DNA of 64,000 nucleotides from NCBI GenBank assembly GCA_041640635.1, contig JBEPZX010000001.1, positions 64,001 through 128,000 on the forward strand. Direction: 5' to 3'. Each line of letters begins with the position of its first letter. The first letter of the stretch is position 1. Under the pieces are notes generated by a model that worked only from the letters and a program-made list of their open reading frames with translations, ran no database searches and was not told where the DNA came from. Shown piece by piece: positions 59,000 to 64,000 of this stretch. The position numbers were made by a program, and so were the translations under genes. The stretch is from Aquificaceae bacterium (GTDB taxonomy: Bacteria > Aquificota > Aquificia > Aquificales > Aquificaceae).

Positions 59000-59625
59000 G
59001 TGTGGATATTCAAAGCAAGGTTCAAGAGATTATAAAAAGGTTGGAACAGGTGTATCCAAACAAAATAGAACTGGAGTTTTCTACAGACTTTGAGCTTTTG
59101 ATAGCTATCATTTTGTCAGCGCAAACAACGGACAAAAAAACCAACCAGGTGACAAAGAAGCTCTTTAGTGTGTATAAAACACCTCAGGACTTTGCCAATG
59201 CTTCCCTTGAGGCAATTCGAGAACTTATAAAGAGTATAAACTACTCTCGCAGAAAATCCCAGTTCATAAAAGAAGTAAGCAAAAAAATAGTGGAACTTGG
59301 ATATATTCCAAAAAGCATAGACAAACTTGTAGAGTTTCCCGGTATTGGAAGAAAGTCAGCTGCTATGTTTTTATACAACGCATACAGAATCAACGAAGGT
59401 ATAGCTGTAGACACACACGTAAAAAGGGTTGCCAATAGACTAGGACTTTCCAAATCAGAAACACCTCAGGCTATAGAAGAGGATTTGATGAAAATTACAC
59501 CTCAGCAAGATTGGGGAAAGCTATCCAACCTGTTAATCTTACACGGTCGTTATACATGCACAGCTAATAAACCCAAGTGTAATGTGTGCCTTTTGAGGGA
59601 TATGTGCCCATACTATGGTGCTTAA
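58996..59625 (+). CDS. nth: Endonuclease III (paralog 2)
   Basis: LSAQTTD, PGIGRKSA, AVDTHV.R, C-x6-C-x2-C-x5-C. Confidence 0.93.
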   Translation: MSVDIQSKVQEIIKRLEQVYPNKIELEFSTDFELLIAIILSAQTTDKKTNQVTKKLFSVYKTPQDFANASLEAIRELIKSINYSRRKSQFIKEVSKKIVELGYIPKSIDKLVEFPGIGRKSAAMFLYNAYRINEGIAVDTHVKRVANRLGLSKSETPQAIEEDLMKITPQQDWGKLSNLLILHGRYTCTANKPKCNVCLLRDMCPYYGA

Positions 59626-60364
59626 AAAGTGGTACGGTCAGCACCTTCTACTTTCAAAAGGTGTAATATCCAAAATAGCCCAAGAAGCATATTTCACACC
59701 GGAAGATATCGTTGTAGAGATAGGTCCGGGAACGGGAAATTTAACGGAGGAAATTTTGAAATACCCTATAAAGCAGCTTCATCTGATAGAAATAGACAAG
59801 GACATGGTAGAGGTTCTCAATAAAAACATAAAGGATGATAGAGTTTTTATTTACAATCAGGATGCAACCAAGTTTAATTTATGTAGCATAGGAAAACAGA
59901 TAAAGGTTGTGGGTAATCTACCTTACAACGTAGCAAGCTTGATAATAGAAAATGTAATCTTTCATAAGGAATGTGTGATAGTGGCTTTGTTTATGGTTCA
60001 AAAAGAAGTAGCTCAAAAGATCCAGAAAGGTCCTTCCTGGCTTTCCACCTTTGTCAGAACCTTTTACAGCGTAGACTACATTATGAGCGTGCCAGCCAAG
60101 TTTTTTGTTCCTCCACCGAAGGTTCAATCAGCTCTAATAAAGCTTTCACGTCTTACACAAGCACCCAACTTTGACCTAAAAGCCTACAAAAGCTTTCTTA
60201 CAAGGATTTACGCCAACAAAAGGAAAGCACTGAAAAACAAAGTGGATATTGAGATACTCAAGCGTTTAAACATAGATCCTATGCAAAGGGTTGACCAACT
60301 ATCCTTGGATCAAGTTAAGGACTTATTTTTGGAACATGGGAAAACATTTAAGGCGGAAGTATAA
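59615..60364 (+). CDS. rsmA: 16S rRNA dimethyladenosine transferase
   Basis: GQHLL, EIGPG.G.LT, EID, NLPY, QKEVA, F.PPPKV.S. Confidence 0.96.
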   Translation: MVLKKWYGQHLLLSKGVISKIAQEAYFTPEDIVVEIGPGTGNLTEEILKYPIKQLHLIEIDKDMVEVLNKNIKDDRVFIYNQDATKFNLCSIGKQIKVVGNLPYNVASLIIENVIFHKECVIVALFMVQKEVAQKIQKGPSWLSTFVRTFYSVDYIMSVPAKFFVPPPKVQSALIKLSRLTQAPNFDLKAYKSFLTRIYANKRKALKNKVDIEILKRLNIDPMQRVDQLSLDQVKDLFLEHGKTFKAEV

Positions 60365-60380
60365 ACCAGTTTGCCGCTGG

Positions 60381-60435
60381 CTTAACCAATTTTTAACTAA
60401 TACTTAACTTCTTTTTAACACTTAAAGCTTAGATT
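60381..60435 (+). promoter_or_regulatory. Pho-box-like array (4 direct repeats, 11-bp period) plus putative -10
   Basis: CTTAACCA 60381, TTTAACTA 60392, CTTAACTT 60403, TTTAACAC 60414; TAGATT 60430-60435; SD AGGAGG before phoX. Confidence 0.75.
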
Positions 60436-60457
60436 TTCATTTCAGGAGGGTGACCAA

Positions 60458-62323
60458 ATGAGACTTGCGTTGCTGAGCGCCATACTAAGCTTGGGTGTAA
60501 TTGCCATGCCCAGTAGCTATGCAAAAGAGACACAAAAGCAAAAATCCAAAAACCAAGTGGTAAAGGTTGAATTTACTCCAACACCTGCACCAAAGGATAT
60601 AGACAAAATAACGAGCGTTTACACAGAATCAAAGATAAGGTTTGTATACTCTAACGGAAAGGTAAAGGAGTATCCCTTGCAGTATAACGTCCTGTTTAGC
60701 GTATTGGATAGGGTAGGTAACAATCCCTTTGCCGCTGGACAAGCTCTCAACTACAAGATGGAACCCATAAAAGACCCTCACGGAAAGGATGTAATATTTG
60801 AAACGCCTGATGCCAATAGCCTTCTTAAGGTAGGAAACAAAATCTTTTTGGTCACCCACTACGAGTACGATTGGTTGCTTTCCAATGGAGAGGAAGGCAA
60901 GAAATCAAAGGGTTGGTACACAAGAGTTCCATCTCCACTTACCCTAACTGAACTGAAACAAGACAGAAAAACCGGAAAGCTTTTTGCGGTTAATCAGAAA
61001 CATATAGACACTTCAAAAGCAAAGGGAGTTTGGATAACGTGCTTTGGTTCTCAAACTCCATGGAACACTCACTTGGGCGGAGAGGAAGACTATGATCTTT
61101 TACACAATCCTCTCTCTCCTAATTATGAAAAGAAAACCATCGCAGGCTTAAAAGCTATAACCGATCTGTACTTCAAAGGTGAGAAGCAAGCGAATCCATA
61201 TCACTACGGAAGAATTTTTGAGGTTTTTGTAAAGAAGGATGGCTCTTACACTATAAAAAAGCACTACGCTATGGGAAGGGGAACCTTTGAACATGCAATA
61301 GTTATGCCAGATGGGAAAACAGCTTATTTTGGTGATGATGGAACTTACACCATGCTCTTGATGTTTGTGGCAGACAAATCTGGAAATTTGTCCTCTGGAA
61401 CTTTGTATGCTGCCAAGTGGATACAAGAATCGGCAGAGAATGGTGGAAGGGCAAGACTTGAGTGGATTAAGCTTGGGCATGCAAACAACGATGAGGTACT
61501 AAGGCTTATAGAATCTGGAATAAGCTTTGATGACATATGGGATAACGCTCCTTTTGATAAGAACACAAAGTCCTGTCCAGTCGGCTACAAGCACATTAGA
61601 GCGGGATCAAGCTTCGATGAGTGTTTAAAACTAAAACCAGGTATGGAAAAAGCGGCGGCTTTCTTGGAAACAAGGCGATACGCAGCTTACTTAGGAGCAA
61701 CCACAGAATTTGAAAAAATGGAAGGTATAAGCTTTAACGCAAAGGATAAGAAGTTATATATAGCTATGAGTTACATAGAGAATGGGATGCTGGACCAAAA
61801 AGATGAACCAGCAAATCATATAGCTCTGCCAAAGCTCAAAGCTGGCGCTGTGTATACTTTAGACTTAGGCAAGGACAAAGTCATAGGTTCTGGTTGGGTA
61901 GCAAAAAATATGTATGTTGAGTCTCCTCTCTTGCTTGGTAAGGACTTACCGAATCCTGACGAAAAGGGGAATACTGCAGATGAAGATCATATCGCAAATC
62001 CTGATAATCTCTTTTTCTCGGAGAGATTGCGCACCTTGTTTATTGGAGAGGACTCATCAAAGGGTCACGTAAATAACTACTTATGGGCTTACAATGTGGA
62101 TACAAAGGAGTTGGTGCGTATCTTATCTCTTCCAGCAGGAGCAGAAGCTACAGGGTTACAGGTTGTGGAAGATCTAAATGGTTACACCTATATATTAGCC
62201 AACAGCCAACACTGGGGAGACATACCGCAAACGGTACCAGATAGGCTCAAAGAAGACATATTGAAATCAATAAACAGGTTTTACGCACCAATTGGTTACA
62301 TAGGACCAATACCTAAGTTTTGA
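60458..62323 (+). CDS. phoX: PhoX-family (DUF839) alkaline phosphatase
   Basis: C.G..TPWNTHL..EE, MGR..FE, GDD, GTLYAAKW, NPDNL, IGED, AE.TG, N.QH. Confidence 0.85.
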   Translation: MRLALLSAILSLGVIAMPSSYAKETQKQKSKNQVVKVEFTPTPAPKDIDKITSVYTESKIRFVYSNGKVKEYPLQYNVLFSVLDRVGNNPFAAGQALNYKMEPIKDPHGKDVIFETPDANSLLKVGNKIFLVTHYEYDWLLSNGEEGKKSKGWYTRVPSPLTLTELKQDRKTGKLFAVNQKHIDTSKAKGVWITCFGSQTPWNTHLGGEEDYDLLHNPLSPNYEKKTIAGLKAITDLYFKGEKQANPYHYGRIFEVFVKKDGSYTIKKHYAMGRGTFEHAIVMPDGKTAYFGDDGTYTMLLMFVADKSGNLSSGTLYAAKWIQESAENGGRARLEWIKLGHANNDEVLRLIESGISFDDIWDNAPFDKNTKSCPVGYKHIRAGSSFDECLKLKPGMEKAAAFLETRRYAAYLGATTEFEKMEGISFNAKDKKLYIAMSYIENGMLDQKDEPANHIALPKLKAGAVYTLDLGKDKVIGSGWVAKNMYVESPLLLGKDLPNPDEKGNTADEDHIANPDNLFFSERLRTLFIGEDSSKGHVNNYLWAYNVDTKELVRILSLPAGAEATGLQVVEDLNGYTYILANSQHWGDIPQTVPDRLKEDILKSINRFYAPIGYIGPIPKF

Positions 62324-62330
62324 GGGTTAA

Positions 62331-63197
62331 ATGTTAGTAGGTGCGAATATGAGAGGTTTATGGAACGATAGGTTCCTTCTGGGGATTGAGGAAATTGATA
62401 AACAGCATAAAACACTTGCAGAAATTTTAGAAAAGTTTGGTCAAATTGTGGCGGATGGTAATCACCAAGCAGCTAAGGACTTTCTTTTAACCAAGATAAA
62501 GGAATACATAGAATTTCATTTTTCCTACGAAGAGGCATTCCAGGAATCCATAGGTTATCCTGAACTGGAACAACACAGAAAGACCCATCAGGTATTTGTA
62601 AAAGAGTATGAAAAGGTTTTAGAACTTTTGGATAAGGAAGATAAAAGTGCAATTGATGAGCTAAATAACTTTCTAATAGGTTGGTTGTTTACACATATAG
62701 ATAAGACAGATAGAAAGTATGCAGAATTTTATTTTGAGAAAAATAAAAGTAAAGAACAAAAGTTTTATAAGGTAGATGTTGCGAAAAGTTTATGGAATGA
62801 TAGGTTTCTCCTAGGAATCGAAGAAATAGAAATTGATAACCAACACGAAGGTTTTGCACGAATGTTAGAGGAGTTTTTGCATATGGTAGCACAAGAAAAT
62901 TACGAAAAAACTAAGGAACACCTATTAACCAAAGTTAAGGAATATATAGACCTTCATTTTCCCTATGAAGAGGCTTTTATGGAATCCATCGGCTATCCTG
63001 AGCTAGAGCAACATAAGAAGGCACATAAACTGTTTATAAACGAATATAACAAAGTTTTGCAACTCTTAAAGGAAGAAGATTCAAAAGAAAGAATAAGAGA
63101 ATTAAGCAGTTTCTTAATTGGTTGGCTTTTTACACACATTGATAAAACAGATAAAAAATTCGCAAAGTTTTATCACGAAAAGAATAAAGCGCCATAA
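62331..63197 (+). CDS. Tandem two-domain bacteriohemerythrin (alternative start 62349)
   Basis: Each half has ID.QH, HF.YEE, H...H, WL..HI.K.D. Confidence 0.92.
   Translation: MLVGANMRGLWNDRFLLGIEEIDKQHKTLAEILEKFGQIVADGNHQAAKDFLLTKIKEYIEFHFSYEEAFQESIGYPELEQHRKTHQVFVKEYEKVLELLDKEDKSAIDELNNFLIGWLFTHIDKTDRKYAEFYFEKNKSKEQKFYKVDVAKSLWNDRFLLGIEEIEIDNQHEGFARMLEEFLHMVAQENYEKTKEHLLTKVKEYIDLHFPYEEAFMESIGYPELEQHKKAHKLFINEYNKVLQLLKEEDSKERIRELSSFLIGWLFTHIDKTDKKFAKFYHEKNKAP
62356..63190 (+). repeat. Internal tandem duplication of the hemerythrin domain
   Basis: gtttatggaacgataggtt (62356) vs gtttatggaatgataggtt (62788); ggaatccat..gg.tatcctga and ggttgg.t.ttt acaca.at.gataa.acagata recur; offset 432 nt at the start. 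Confidence 0.9.
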
Positions 63198-63204
63198 AAC
63201 ATCC

Positions 63205-63549
63205 TTATTCCCAATACTCAGCTCCACCATGCTGAGTTTCCCATACCACTACTTTTCTTAAGGTGGGGTATTTGGATTTTAGTTGTTTATACAACCACTG
63301 GGCTACGTTTTCTGCGCTTGGAGAGAAATCGAAAACCTCGTTTAGACAAGTGTAATCTGGTAGAAGCTCGCTCAGGTGTTTGTCTATTTCTATAAAATCG
63401 TAACCCATTCCTCCTTTGTCCACTTGGTCTGCCTCTATAAAGACTTCCACCGTCCAAGTGTGACCATGCAAAGGTTCGGGCTTTCCGTGGTAATCGGTAA
63501 GAAAATGAGCAGCGTTGAACTGTTTTTTTACTCTCACCATCCAGGGCAT
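63205..63549 (-). CDS. 6-pyruvoyl-tetrahydropterin synthase/QueD-fold protein with PTPS-III-type motif
   Basis: FNAAH.L, EPLHGH (no Cys), DF, LN, PSAENVA, VWET; SD GGAGG before ATG 63549. Confidence 0.85.
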   Translation of the reverse strand: MPWMVRVKKQFNAAHFLTDYHGKPEPLHGHTWTVEVFIEADQVDKGGMGYDFIEIDKHLSELLPDYTCLNEVFDFSPSAENVAQWLYKQLKSKYPTLRKVVVWETQHGGAEYWE

Positions 63550-63550
63550 A

Positions 63551-63784
63551 TCAGTCCTCCAAACTTTCACCTCTTAAAAGCCTTTGTGCGTAATTTACAC
63601 ATGCCAAAACAGTGAACATAAGAGCGTGATTTTCCATTTTATCGAAAGTCTCTTTGACTATAAGACTACCATCTTCCTTCTCCACAAGTTTTATGTATTC
63701 CAAAGCTTTAGCACCCAAGTATTTATTTTGAATCTTTTCCAAAATTTTTTCCTTCATCCATTGAGGAAGTTCCATCTCCTTCAT
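63551..63784 (-). CDS. Hypothetical protein
   Basis: 77 aa, SD GGAGGT, stop 1 nt before the next gene's ATG. Confidence 0.7.
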   Translation of the reverse strand: MKEMELPQWMKEKILEKIQNKYLGAKALEYIKLVEKEDGSLIVKETFDKMENHALMFTVLACVNYAQRLLRGESLED

Positions 63785-64000
63785 CTTCTACCTCCGCAGT
63801 AGTTATAAAAAGAGGTTTCATGCCAAAATAAAACCTTCCTATTTTAAAGGTATACAAATAACCATAAATTACAAAGTGCGGTGAGCCATTAATTTTTAAA
63901 TTAAGCATAGAGCCTTCATAAATCCTTTCTTCATCCCTGTTTTTTAGAAAGATTAAGGAATTTTTGTAAGGGGAAATAACTATTAAGTTCCTTTTTTGAC

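Noticed and set aside
60364..60383. Terminator after rsmA (CCAG...CTGG hairpin)
   Set aside because: Short stem and no proper U-tract; too weak to call
63723..63908. 61-aa minus-strand ORF and a TTGGCA sigma54-like -24 element near 63810
   Set aside because: The ORF overlaps the better-supported 77-aa gene and has no motif; no matching -12 TTGC element

Overview
Very gene-dense, AT-rich chromosomal segment of a thermophilic bacterium, most likely Aquificaceae (Hydrogenobacter/Thermocrinis-like). This is inferred from protein style, scattered atp/rpl/phe genes, hypCD and a stand-alone GltB. It holds about 64 CDS, mostly housekeeping, and one tRNA-Pro(CGG). I see no rRNA, CRISPR array, transposase, integrase or prophage. 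Accessory-looking parts are a pyruvate dehydrogenase (pdhABC-lpd) operon, a solitary Type IIG restriction-modification fusion, a chromosomal TraT lipoprotein, moaEA-modABC and a phoX plus tandem-hemerythrin unit. Best leads: (1) the E3/Lpd keeps its FAD, redox disulfide and His-Glu elements but has lost the NAD-binding GxGxxG motif and part of that domain; (2) about 19 genes have a -10 hexamer 6-9 nt before ATG and no SD, suggesting pervasive leaderless transcription, including overlapping bidirectional promoters; (3) four TTAAC repeats at exact 11-bp spacing (Pho-box-like) precede phoX-hemerythrin; (4) the QueD-like gene has the PTPS-III (FolB-bypass) motif; (5) a CCA-less tRNA starts 1 nt after a stop codon. 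None of these is proven novel, and all calls come from motif reading without database searches.
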